This document shows positions 46,697 to 56,196 of a DNA stretch of 64,000 bases, in pieces. Position 1 is the stretch's first letter. Each line of letters starts with the position of its first letter. The stretch lies in the NCBI GenBank assembly GCA_038045425.1, contig JBBSYD010000032.1, positions 36,417 to 100,416 on the forward strand. The letters run 5' to 3'. The position numbers and the translations under genes are program-made. The notes beneath the pieces were generated by a model. It ran no database searches. It had not been told where the DNA came from and saw only the letters and a list, made by a program, of their open reading frames with translations. The stretch comes from Nanobdellota archaeon. Lineage in GTDB: Archaea; Nanobdellota; Nanobdellia; Pacearchaeales; GW2011-AR1.

Positions 46697-47584
46697 ATGA
46701 AATTAAATAAAATTATTTCGATATTAGATGAAGAATTTGATGTTGATGAAGTTAATGATGATTGGCATTGGCTTTTTGATGAGATGTTTCTCGAGAAATC
46801 TCTTGGGACGTTTAGAAAGCCTGGGAAAAATACTGGGCTGATGATTGCTAATTCTGACGAGGTTAATAAAATATATACTGCGTTCTCTCCGAGCAGATTT
46901 GTTCTTGAAGAAATAAGAATGCGCGGAATTGTAAATGTTCTTCTTGTGGTAAAACATCCATTTGATTGGGATGGAAGAAGGAATGGGCCGGGATTCTTAT
47001 TTTTTAAGGATGTGGATTATAAATTAATGGAAGGAATGGGAATATCAATATATTCTTTGCATACTCCTCTGGATAAAGATAGAAATGATAAGGTTGTGTC
47101 TACGGCTTATGGATTTGCAAAGAAAATAAAGCTAAAGGTTGAAGAAGAATTTGGAGTTGATGCGAGTAATCCTGATTTGAAAATAGGTTTAATTGGAAAA
47201 GTGCCTGAAAAGAATATTCTTGACTTTGTAGAGAGAATAAATGGAATTTTGGATTATAAAGTTAAATTGAATAAAGTAAATAATGAAGTTGGAAAAGTTG
47301 CAATTGTAACTGGGGGAGGATTTGTTCCAGAAATTGTGGAGCAAGCTAAGGAGAGAGGAGTTAATACTTATATTACTGGGGTAATTACTCCGAATGCTTC
47401 TGAATATGACAAACAAACTTACAAAGAAAAATTTTCTAAGATAAAAAAGCTAGGATTAAACATAATTGGATGTTCTCATTATTTGACTGAAAAATGGGCG
47501 ATGGAATATTCGATACCTTACTTTTCAGATATCTGTAAATCCGAATTTATTGAGGATAAAGAAGCCTGGAACCTTCTTGAATAA
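46697..47584 (+). CDS. Nif3-like dinuclear metal-centre protein
   Basis: GLMI, KHP, HTPLD, VAIVTGGG, YITG, SHYLTE. Confidence 0.85.
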   Translation: MKLNKIISILDEEFDVDEVNDDWHWLFDEMFLEKSLGTFRKPGKNTGLMIANSDEVNKIYTAFSPSRFVLEEIRMRGIVNVLLVVKHPFDWDGRRNGPGFLFFKDVDYKLMEGMGISIYSLHTPLDKDRNDKVVSTAYGFAKKIKLKVEEEFGVDASNPDLKIGLIGKVPEKNILDFVERINGILDYKVKLNKVNNEVGKVAIVTGGGFVPEIVEQAKERGVNTYITGVITPNASEYDKQTYKEKFSKIKKLGLNIIGCSHYLTEKWAMEYSIPYFSDICKSEFIEDKEAWNLLE

Positions 47585-47893
47585 ATTGTGGACGGAATTA
47601 GTATAAGGAAATCTAGCTTAATAGCTTCAATGCATATCTTCAATATTGAATGAATATTCCTAACCTGTGTTGCCTGGAAGCACATGGTAAATTATATTCA
47701 ATTGTGACAAGGAATAAAAGATTTCGTTAATATCTTTAATTATGAATAAACAGACTTTAAGTCTAAGTGAAGGGAGTACTATTTGTTCTGAAGCCATTAA
47801 CATTGAAAGAGGTGTTGATGGGTTTATTCCGATGGGTTGGTTTTAATAACAAATAACTATTTCCTAGGTGACTACGCTTTCAAAATTATGTAG

Positions 47894-48829
47894 TCACCCA
47901 ATAATCTTTTTGAGGGCTTTATATTCTCGGATAAATAATTTTATTGTTGGTTTAAGATCTTGCCTTTTTTGATATGCTTGTAAGGATTCATAATATTCAC
48001 TTCTATTTTTTAAATCAATGTTCATTGGAGGCAGATTGTGTTTAATTAGAATGTTATTTAGAAGAATTCTTCCGACTCGTCCATTTCCATCTACAAATGG
48101 GTGAATATTCTCAAATTGGTCATGAACTACTGCTGCCAAAATTAGTGCAGGATAGCTATTTCTATTCTTTTCATACCATACAACTAGCTCTTTTAATAAA
48201 AACACAACTCTAAACTGCGGGGCTCCCTCGTGTAATATTTCCCCTAAACTATTTGCAACTACTACTTCCTCTCCAGGTTTTCTAAATTGCCCAGCAAACT
48301 TTTTAGAATTCTTAAAAACAGTTCTATGAATTTCTTTAATTAATTCAAGTGAAATATGCTCTTTAGTTTTTCTAATATGTTTTATAGCTTCATTTACTCC
48401 ATATGCTTCGGCAATGTCATTTTTTGGTTTGTCGGGCCATTTATCATGTTCAAGAACTCCCTTAACTTCAACGCTATTTAGTTCACTTCCTTCAATAGCA
48501 TTAGTATTGTATGTAAACAACTCGGAAAAAGTCTGCCATTGCTCTTCCGATAGATGATTTATGCTAATAGGTATACTTTTCTCAATTTTTTTTACAAAAT
48601 CGATATCTTTGATAGACAGTTCAAATTTTAAGGGATCTTTGATGATATTATACTTTCTAATATCTTCAATAATTAGAACTTCTGCTTTAGCTTTTCTTTC
48701 TTCCAATAATTTTTCATCTAAGTCAGCTCCAAGAAACTTTCTTATTTTATGGACTTTGCTTCCTTCTCTAAATGAATGAGATAAATAATATTTTATCTTC
48801 TTTCCCAATTTTCTTTTCTCTAAATGCAT
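47894..48829 (-). CDS. Fic-domain protein
   Basis: HPFVDGNGRVGR; TNAIEG. Confidence 0.93.
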   Translation of the reverse strand: MHLEKRKLGKKIKYYLSHSFREGSKVHKIRKFLGADLDEKLLEERKAKAEVLIIEDIRKYNIIKDPLKFELSIKDIDFVKKIEKSIPISINHLSEEQWQTFSELFTYNTNAIEGSELNSVEVKGVLEHDKWPDKPKNDIAEAYGVNEAIKHIRKTKEHISLELIKEIHRTVFKNSKKFAGQFRKPGEEVVVANSLGEILHEGAPQFRVVFLLKELVVWYEKNRNSYPALILAAVVHDQFENIHPFVDGNGRVGRILLNNILIKHNLPPMNIDLKNRSEYYESLQAYQKRQDLKPTIKLFIREYKALKKIIG

Positions 48830-48985
48830 ACTAATATAATGGGTGACTACATATATAAATGCTTCTAATTAAATGTCTACAAAGAGGATTATGCCTGGGG
48901 AAAAGGGTATTATGCCTCGACCGAGCACACTACTTGTTTTTGCCTAAAGGATAGCTTTAAAGAGTGATTTTTTGTACCTTATTGG

Positions 48986-50287
48986 ATGATGACTAAGTTC
49001 AAAGCGTTGGGATTATCGGATGGAATGATTGAGGCTATTCGGGGAGCTCATTTTACAGAGCCGAGCGAGATACAGGAGAAAACTATTCCTCTTGTTCTTT
49101 CTGGGAAAGATGTTATTGGTAAATCTGCTACTGGCTCGGGGAAAACTCTTGCATTTGGTGCTGGAATTATTGAGAAAGTGCAGAGATATCATGGAATTCA
49201 GGCATTGATATTAACTCCTACTAGAGAATTGGCTGAGCAGATTACTCAAACATTAAAAAAGTTTTCAGGATATAAGGGATTGAATATTGATGAGGTTTAT
49301 GGAGGAGTTTCCATGGGTCCACAAATATCTAAGTTGAGATATGCTGAAATTGTTGTGGGAACGCCAGGAAGAATTCTAGACCATCTGGAAAGAAGAACGC
49401 TGAGATTGAATCAAGTGAAGTATTTAGTATTAGATGAAGCAGATAGAATGTTAGACATGGGATTCATAAAAGATGTTGAAAAAATTATTCAAATGTGCCC
49501 TGTTGAAAGACAGACTTTACTTTTTTCTGCAACTATTTCTGATGATATTGAGCATATCTCTAAAAAGTATATGATTAATCCGGTTAAGATAACTGTTGGA
49601 GACCAGGTCGATCCTGCTCAGTTATATCAAAAGTATTATGATGTTCCTCAGGAAATGAAGTTTTCTCTTCTTGCTTATTTATTGAGATTGGAAAGAAAGG
49701 GAGTAGTAATGGTATTTTGTAATACCAGAAGAAATGTAGACCATGTGACTAGAGCGTTATATCAGAATGGAATTAATGCCCTTGCAATTCACGGAGGATT
49801 AAGCCAAAATAGAAGAAATGAAACTATGGAAGCATTTCATTCTAGAAAAGCATTGATTCTTGTTTGTACTGATGTGGCTGCAAGAGGATTGGATATAAAA
49901 GATGTTTCACATGTTTATAATTTTGATTTGCCGAATAGTGGGACAGATTATATTCACAGAATAGGAAGAACTGCAAGAGCGGGAAAGAATGGAATTGCAA
50001 TAAGTTTTGTAGGAAGTGGAGAACATGGGGAATTTAGAAATATTTCAAGAGATAAGAATTTAGAAATTGAAAAAGTTATGGTTCCTGAAAATATTCATGT
50101 TCTTCCTCATGTGATAAGTGCACCTTCAAGAGGAACAATGGGAAGAGGAAGAAGGGGAGGAGGAAGACCAGTGAGAGGGCATTATGGGGGAAATAGAAAC
50201 TTCCAAAGTGAAGCACAAAAGTATGGACGAGCGAAGAAAAGAACGGATGGGCCGCATAGACGTAAGAAGAATAAGAGAAGATATTGA
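48986..50287 (+). CDS. DEAD-box RNA helicase (second paralog)
   Basis: ATGSGKT, PTRELA, DEAD, SAT, HRIGRTAR. Confidence 0.96.
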   Translation: MMTKFKALGLSDGMIEAIRGAHFTEPSEIQEKTIPLVLSGKDVIGKSATGSGKTLAFGAGIIEKVQRYHGIQALILTPTRELAEQITQTLKKFSGYKGLNIDEVYGGVSMGPQISKLRYAEIVVGTPGRILDHLERRTLRLNQVKYLVLDEADRMLDMGFIKDVEKIIQMCPVERQTLLFSATISDDIEHISKKYMINPVKITVGDQVDPAQLYQKYYDVPQEMKFSLLAYLLRLERKGVVMVFCNTRRNVDHVTRALYQNGINALAIHGGLSQNRRNETMEAFHSRKALILVCTDVAARGLDIKDVSHVYNFDLPNSGTDYIHRIGRTARAGKNGIAISFVGSGEHGEFRNISRDKNLEIEKVMVPENIHVLPHVISAPSRGTMGRGRRGGGRPVRGHYGGNRNFQSEAQKYGRAKKRTDGPHRRKKNKRRY

Positions 50288-50351
50288 TTTGATGCTACTT
50301 AAGAATACAATCTACCAAAGGGAAATATTAATTTAATAAGGATTTCTAAAT

Positions 50352-50876
50352 TTAGGATTTTCGTGCTCGCTGAACATAAAGAGAATATATTTTATTCTCA
50401 ATTGTTGCAAGTTCCTCGACTCTTTTTAAAAATTCACCAGGATTACAATTAAATCCTACTCGAAGACAAGGAGGTTTTATATCAAATTGTGCCGCTTCAT
50501 CGTATAATCCCGCATTCATCTGCCTTGAATTATGCCAAGATAAAGGAATCGATGTTCTAAAACCGCTTCTGTGGGCGTTATCGATAATCTTCATTAATTT
50601 AGAATCCTTAGCAACCCCTAACAATTCATCAGGAAGAGGATTTAATATATCTGCAATTATTATTCCTTGATTCCCAACAAATGAAAAATAACTTCCTCCA
50701 GATAGTAGCTTGCCTCTCAATTTTAATTGATAATTATCAGATGTGGCCGCGCTTAAAAGAAGGGGTTTACATAATTTAGTGAATCTTTTTGTTCCATCAT
50801 ATACTTCTTGGTCTAAACTATCAAGTTTTTCTCTATCGATTAATGCTAGGAATTTTTGAGGGGTAATATTTCTCAT
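50352..50876 (-). CDS. hypothetical protein
   Basis: ORF track. Confidence 0.6.
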   Translation of the reverse strand: MRNITPQKFLALIDREKLDSLDQEVYDGTKRFTKLCKPLLLSAATSDNYQLKLRGKLLSGGSYFSFVGNQGIIIADILNPLPDELLGVAKDSKLMKIIDNAHRSGFRTSIPLSWHNSRQMNAGLYDEAAQFDIKPPCLRVGFNCNPGEFLKRVEELATIENKIYSLYVQRARKS

Positions 50877-50969
50877 TGTTTATTTTAAAATAGGGACTAT
50901 AAAAAGATATATGCATTTATATTCTAATTAGATAATTAGTAGTTCTTGTGTCCACATCGAAAGACTTGT

Positions 50970-51166
50970 GAAGCTCCCCACAGCAAGCTTTTGCCTGAGG
51001 GCAAATCCGTCTGCAGACGGAGTGGGGCATCAAAAGAATAAAACCTTGTTAGCTTATGCAACAACTTAACTTCATCATACATCAGATAATTATTTCTCTT
51101 AAATTATTTTATTTCTAAATTCTATCCCTGCTTTGCTTTATCCCCACAGCAAGCTATGGGGTATTA
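50970..51166. mobile_element. ~200-bp non-autonomous IS200/IS605-type (PATE-like) element
   Basis: Two related hairpin ends ccccacagcaagct...gtgggg (50976-51027) and ccccacagcaagctatgggg (51142-51161); no transposase between them. Confidence 0.6.
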
Positions 51167-51175
51167 CGGATAATA

Positions 51176-51541
51176 ATGTCATTACAAATCAAAAGCATTG
51201 AAGATTTAAAAGAAAGATTAAAAACAGATTCTGGAAAAGTTTTACTAAGAGCAATAAATGATGCTGAATTAGAATATTTATTAACGAGTGGTTCGGAAAA
51301 TTTCACTTTTAACAAAGGTACAAATTATGAGATAGGTTATGAGAATTTTATAGGAAATATGGTTGCTAGAGAGGTTAGAAGAAGAAGAAGTGGAACTATA
51401 ATATTAATCCCATTAACTGAATATTCTTCCCATTTTGAAGAAAGAACTTGGCCAGTTTGTAAAGAAACTTTTAGAGGCCAAGTAGAGGTGTTTAATTTAG
51501 AAGACAGAGGGGAAATAGAGCTTAAAGAGTATTTAGGTTAG
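51176..51541 (+). CDS. hypothetical protein
   Basis: ORF track. Confidence 0.55.
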   Translation: MSLQIKSIEDLKERLKTDSGKVLLRAINDAELEYLLTSGSENFTFNKGTNYEIGYENFIGNMVAREVRRRRSGTIILIPLTEYSSHFEERTWPVCKETFRGQVEVFNLEDRGEIELKEYLG

Positions 51542-51573
51542 GATGTATAGATGAAGTTCATAAAATGTAGATT

Positions 51574-51954
51574 TTATTTTTTAAGAATTTTATATTTAAC
51601 TCCAAAGGGTTTCTTACTATCTATCTGAAATAGGTTAAGCTGAGCGTCACATAATAATTTTCTAGGGTTATGGGAAAAATCTTCAAAAAAACCCATAGGT
51701 TCTTTTTTAACCCACTGCTCTATAATTCCATAATAAACTACCTCAAATTTCTTTCCAAATTTTTCATCAGGTAATCCATCCTTATCTTCATCAATAATTT
51801 CAAATAGTTCTACTTCGAAGAATTCAGAGTCAGTTGTTCCTCGGTCTTTTCCTATTAAATCAATATTTACTTTGTCTAGAAAATCTTTTGTTTTAGGCAA
51901 AACTCTAAAATTTACAGAATACCCTTTATATTTTATAATTTTTTCTTCATTCAT
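51574..51954 (-). CDS. hypothetical protein
   Basis: ORF track. Confidence 0.6.
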   Translation of the reverse strand: MNEEKIIKYKGYSVNFRVLPKTKDFLDKVNIDLIGKDRGTTDSEFFEVELFEIIDEDKDGLPDEKFGKKFEVVYYGIIEQWVKKEPMGFFEDFSHNPRKLLCDAQLNLFQIDSKKPFGVKYKILKK

Positions 51955-52356
51955 TAAATAAACAATAGTTATAGGTTAATATATTTACCTCTTAAATCAT
52001 AGAAAATATGAACTGACCTGTTCGTAAATATTCTATCATTTTTTTCTATTGGGCTGAATTTGGTCTGAGCGTTTAACACTTTTGACCAAAACAAAATCGT
52101 GATTTATTGTGGCGTTTATACAAGGTACTTAAATAGTTAAGAGTAGTTTAAGATCGTGAGAATCGACCTATATAATCACAAAGAAAGATATCTAAATTGG
52201 AAGAATAATGTTAAATCTATAGAGAATGCAACAAAATAAAATGGTGGAGTGACGTCCTAAAGTGATATAAAATAATAAAGACCTACCTTTTGAATTCTCT
52301 ACCTTGCGATGGAAGTTTAAGTTAAAAAGCCCAATTTATAATTGAGGTTGTTCTTA

Positions 52357-52422
52357 TAAAGTGCTACAAAAAATGTATCACTTAGAAAGTAAAGTGCTAC
52401 AAAAAATGTATCACTTAGAAAG
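52357..52422. repeat. perfect 33-bp tandem duplication upstream of the ATPase promoter
   Basis: taaagtgctacaaaaaatgtatcacttagaaag x2. Confidence 0.95.
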
Positions 52423-52453
52423 GTTTAAAAACATGAAAGATTACCCTAAAAAT

Positions 52454-53719
52454 ATGAAAAAAGAAGAATTAGACTTTGTCTTATTTGAGCAACAGAAAGA
52501 TTTTGAGGAAGAAGAACCACTTGTAGAAAGAGAACTCACGAAAAAAGCATTGGAATTAATCAATTTGAAACTACCTATAATTGTAACTGGAGTAAGAAGA
52601 TGTGGTAAGTCTTCCTTATTGAAGATAATTAAGAATAAATTATCTCTGAAAAATAAGGAATATTTATATATAAATTTTAACGATGAACGATTTATAGGAT
52701 TTTCTACAGAAAACTTTCAGATAATAACTGACTTTATAGTTGAACAAAAATATAAAGAAAAGTGTTTTCTATTCTTAGATGAGATTCAAGAAGTATCTGG
52801 ATGGGAAAAGTGGATTGACCGAATAAAATCAAAATATCCTATTTTTATTACTGGTTCAAATTCTAGATTATTGAGTAAAGAAATATCTACTATTTTGACT
52901 GGTAGATCGCTAAGCATTGGTCTTACTCCATTTAATTTTACGGAGTTCTTATTATCGAAAAATTTTAACCTAAAAGATTGGAAAATTGATAAGCAAAAGC
53001 AAATTTCTATTCTAACAGAATTTAAAGAGTACTTTGAGATTGGAGGATTCCCAAAAAGAATTTTATCTGGACAAAATATAATCTTGAAAGAGTTATATGA
53101 CCAAATTATTTATAGAGATATTATAAATCGATTTCCAAAAAGCAATGCTAAATCTATAAAAGAAATTTCAGTATACTTATTGTCAAATCCTTCTTCTTTG
53201 ATAAGTGTAAGAAATATGTCTAAAATAACAGGCGTAAAGAACCTCTTAACAGCGAAAGCAATTATAGATTCTTTTGAGAATGCATTTTTATTCTTCTTTA
53301 TCAATAAATTTGATTATTCGGTAAAAAAACAAACACAAAATCCTCGAAAAGCTTACTGTGTTGATAATGGATTTATCGCCTCGCTAGGATTTAGAATGTC
53401 TGATGATAAAGGTAAACTTCTTGAAAATTTAGTAGCTATAGAACTTAAAAGAAGAGAGAAAGAGATATTTTACTATTCAGATAAAAATGAATGTGACTTC
53501 TTAATACGAGAAAATAATAAGATAACTCAAGCAATTCAGGTTTGTTATGATGTAAACGAACAAAACAAAGAAAGAGAATTTAAAGGGTTGGTTGATGCAA
53601 TGAACAAATTTGATTTAAAAGAAGGAATAATTCTAACATACACTCAACAAGAAGAATTAGACTTTGAAGGTAAAAAAATTAAAATGATTCCTGTCTGGAA
53701 GTGGTTACTTATAAAATGA
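52454..53719 (+). CDS. AAA+ ATPase (AAA_14 + DUF4143)
   Basis: GVRRCGKS, LDEIQ, TGSNS, GGFP, ENLV, ECDF, IQVC. Confidence 0.92.
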   Translation: MKKEELDFVLFEQQKDFEEEEPLVERELTKKALELINLKLPIIVTGVRRCGKSSLLKIIKNKLSLKNKEYLYINFNDERFIGFSTENFQIITDFIVEQKYKEKCFLFLDEIQEVSGWEKWIDRIKSKYPIFITGSNSRLLSKEISTILTGRSLSIGLTPFNFTEFLLSKNFNLKDWKIDKQKQISILTEFKEYFEIGGFPKRILSGQNIILKELYDQIIYRDIINRFPKSNAKSIKEISVYLLSNPSSLISVRNMSKITGVKNLLTAKAIIDSFENAFLFFFINKFDYSVKKQTQNPRKAYCVDNGFIASLGFRMSDDKGKLLENLVAIELKRREKEIFYYSDKNECDFLIRENNKITQAIQVCYDVNEQNKEREFKGLVDAMNKFDLKEGIILTYTQQEELDFEGKKIKMIPVWKWLLIK

Positions 53720-53723
53720 CTAG

Positions 53724-53779
53724 GAAAAGAACGGATGGACCACATAGACGTAAGAAGAATAAGAGAAGATATTGATTTG
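53724..53779 (+). repeat. copy of the 3' end of the DEAD-box gene (50236-50291)
   Basis: 56 bp, 2 synonymous mismatches; encodes KRTDGPHRRKKNKRRY*. Confidence 0.93.
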
Positions 53780-53822
53780 TTCTTGGTCTGAGCGTTTTCT
53801 TATTTCACGATGACAAAGTTTT

Positions 53823-53978
53823 TTAGAATTCGGGCGTTGAACTTTCAAGTATCTTAATTCTAACTTTAACAATCGTTCCAGGTTTAAGACTTTTTTCTAT
53901 TAACTTGGATATGACTATAATTGCCTGATTTCCGTGTTTCGCTATTTTCTTAATTAAATTGAATTGTTTATTATTCAT
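53823..53978 (-). CDS. 51-aa AbrB-like small protein
   Basis: Manual translation MNNKQFNLIKKIAKHGNQAIIVISKLIEKSLKPGTIVKVRIKILESSTPEF; starts 2 nt after the IDI stop. Confidence 0.7.
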   Translation of the reverse strand: MNNKQFNLIKKIAKHGNQAIIVISKLIEKSLKPGTIVKVRIKILESSTPEF

Positions 53979-53979
53979 T

Positions 53980-54951
53980 TTATGTATTTCCAATTACTTG
54001 TAAAATTATATCTCTTTCTCTTGGTCCACTAGTCTCTATGACAAATACGCTCTGATATTTTCCTAGTTGAAGAAATCCGTTAACTATTGGAATTGCTTGC
54101 GAAGATTCTGAAAATAGACAAATAATGTGCCCTCTTGCATTTTTTGGTTCATCTTTTGGACATTCTGGCCTCAATTCAATATGATCATGTAAGTAATCTT
54201 CTTTATAATTTGCTAATATATCGGCAAACTCGGTAAAATCTTTAATGAGAAGAGGTTCAAATTCATTAATTTTGATTGCTAGAGTGGTATGTTTACTAAA
54301 GATGTTAATCACTCCATTGTTAACTCTATGACTTTCTAAAAAAGAGGCTACTTCTCTAGTTATGTCAATTAATTCAAATTCTTTTTGAGTTTTTATTTTT
54401 AAGATTGTTGAAAATATTCTAAACTCTTCTTTCTTATTATTCTGATCTAAATATTTTTGTAATATTATTTTAAACCAATAGGTGTACTCTTCAGGAGATT
54501 GAGAGATATCTTTTTCAACCTCATCTAAGGAAATCCATTTGTAATCCTCTGCTTCTATTGGATTTAATGAAGGATTACAGTCTGAATATCCGATAAATAC
54601 ATGATCAATCTCATTTTCAGTTAAGCCGTTAGAAAAGTTATGATAATATCTAAAATTAAATATCTCATTTAATTTACAATTTAATCCCATTTCTTCAAAT
54701 AATCTCTTTTCAGCGGCCTCTTTTAAGACTTGTTCTTGTTTGGGATGTCCGCAACAAGCATTAGTCCATAAAGATCCAGAATGATACTTACTTCTATTTC
54801 TCTTTTGTAAGAGCATTTCATTTTTTAAATTGAAAATTAATACAGAGAATGCTCTATGAAGCAGACCATTTTTGTGAACCTTCATCTTTTGCTCATATCC
54901 AATTACTTCGTCTAAGTCGTTAACTAAGACTATTTCATTTTCCCCAGACAT
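53980..54951 (-). CDS. idi: type 1 isopentenyl-diphosphate isomerase fused to a YjbQ/UPF0047 domain
   Basis: LHRAFSV, LLQKR, WTNACCGHP, EEMG, ENEIDH; C-terminal HTT...NARGHI...LGKYQ...GPRER. Confidence 0.9.
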   Translation of the reverse strand: MSGENEIVLVNDLDEVIGYEQKMKVHKNGLLHRAFSVLIFNLKNEMLLQKRNRSKYHSGSLWTNACCGHPKQEQVLKEAAEKRLFEEMGLNCKLNEIFNFRYYHNFSNGLTENEIDHVFIGYSDCNPSLNPIEAEDYKWISLDEVEKDISQSPEEYTYWFKIILQKYLDQNNKKEEFRIFSTILKIKTQKEFELIDITREVASFLESHRVNNGVINIFSKHTTLAIKINEFEPLLIKDFTEFADILANYKEDYLHDHIELRPECPKDEPKNARGHIICLFSESSQAIPIVNGFLQLGKYQSVFVIETSGPRERDIILQVIGNT

Positions 54952-56011
54952 ATCCGTATTCCTCCCTTAGGTTTACATAAAATTTATTACTATTGAAAAA
55001 TGTCTTTATCATAAACTCCAGTATTGCTCTCTCTGCGCTTGGTCGTATGTTAGATAATAGTTTAATCATCTTATTTCTAAGAAAATTAGAATTTTGTCTT
55101 GCACTATCAAAGCATCTATTCTTGATCATTACTCCCAAGAGCATTTCTTTTTCTTCATTTGAAATCTTCCTATTAGTATATTTTTCTAATGCTATAAATC
55201 TAGAAAGTTCTAGTATTGGAAGTGTTATTGTCCCTTTCTCCAAGTCTCTAAATTGGTCCTTGTAATCTTTGTCCGGATGTTTGGCTATTTCTTTATTCAA
55301 GCAAAAGTCTCCAGCATCATTTATTATTTGTGCACCAGTACCAAAATTCTCGCCTATCTCTCTAAATAATTTAACTTCTTCAACTCCTGCTTCCGCCATT
55401 ATGGCACCCATTGCAAAAGAAGATCCGTAAAACTTACCAGTAATAAGAAGAGTTCTTCTGAAATAATTTTCTATTGCTTTCTGCTTACCATTAATTATAT
55501 CATTATTTTCTATGTTCAATTCATTCAATTCGAAAGCCTGACCTATCTGAATGGCCATATTTGAATCACTAATTTCCTTTAATAGACTTAATTTGATATT
55601 TTCACTAAAGTTTGTTTCAATTATAAGTCTATGAGCTATTTCTCTGGCTACGTGACTAGCTATATGACAAAGTTTTGCTTGCTTTTCGTTTTCAACTTCT
55701 TTCTTATTGTCTAAATGCCAATTTTGATAATAAGAAGCAATATTATAGAACTCTCCTGCAGCGATTGCTTTAAGATGATCTAAAGATATCTCTTTTGTTC
55801 CGCATATTTTAAGAATTGTCAGCACAACTATGTCTCTAAGTCTTCCCCCATTTTGAGCTCTTTTTCTTCTAGCCCCATATAGTTTTTGCATAAACTCTAC
55901 TGTTTCATTGTCTAGTTCTCCGAATATCGGATTTATCGCTAAATCCATTACTTGAGATACTCTCTTTGTAATATCAAGCTTTTCTTCTTCGTATTTTTTT
56001 CTTTGTTCCAT
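54935..56011 (-). CDS. divergent isoprenyl diphosphate synthase / class I terpene synthase-fold enzyme
   Basis: GGRLR, GQAFEL, QIINDAGDF, DLEKGTITLP; first Asp-rich motif replaced by SYYQNWHLD; start reassigned to MEQRK. Confidence 0.8.
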   Translation of the reverse strand: MEQRKKYEEEKLDITKRVSQVMDLAINPIFGELDNETVEFMQKLYGARRKRAQNGGRLRDIVVLTILKICGTKEISLDHLKAIAAGEFYNIASYYQNWHLDNKKEVENEKQAKLCHIASHVAREIAHRLIIETNFSENIKLSLLKEISDSNMAIQIGQAFELNELNIENNDIINGKQKAIENYFRRTLLITGKFYGSSFAMGAIMAEAGVEEVKLFREIGENFGTGAQIINDAGDFCLNKEIAKHPDKDYKDQFRDLEKGTITLPILELSRFIALEKYTNRKISNEEKEMLLGVMIKNRCFDSARQNSNFLRNKMIKLLSNIRPSAERAILEFMIKTFFNSNKFYVNLREEYGYVWGK

Positions 56012-56020
56012 TTTGATTAT

Positions 56021-56096
56021 TGGTAGCAGGTGTTGGAATTGAACCAAACATTTCCAGGATGTAATCCTGGCGGGCTAACCATTACCCCAACCTGCC
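56021..56096 (-). tRNA. atypical tRNA-like gene, anticodon TAC, encoded CCA
   Basis: GGCAGGT TG GGGT AATGGTTA GCCC G CCAGG ATTACAT CCTGG AAATG TTTGG TTCAATT CCAAC ACCTGCT A CCA (76 nt). Confidence 0.85.
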
Positions 56097-56196
56097 TATT
56101 TTGATACTATTATATAGTGATAATTATATATAATATGTTTGATTGATATTTGTTATAAAACGCAAGATTTATAAGTATTATTGCTTATAATTCTGT

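Noticed and set aside
47600..47810. Possible minus-strand pseudogene fragment
   Set aside because: Interrupted frames with no family I can recognise; insufficient support.
56012..56047. ORF-track N-terminal extension MVQFQHLLPIIK of the prenyltransferase
   Set aside because: It reads through the T arm and acceptor stem of the tRNA-like gene; ATG 56011 is the plausible start.
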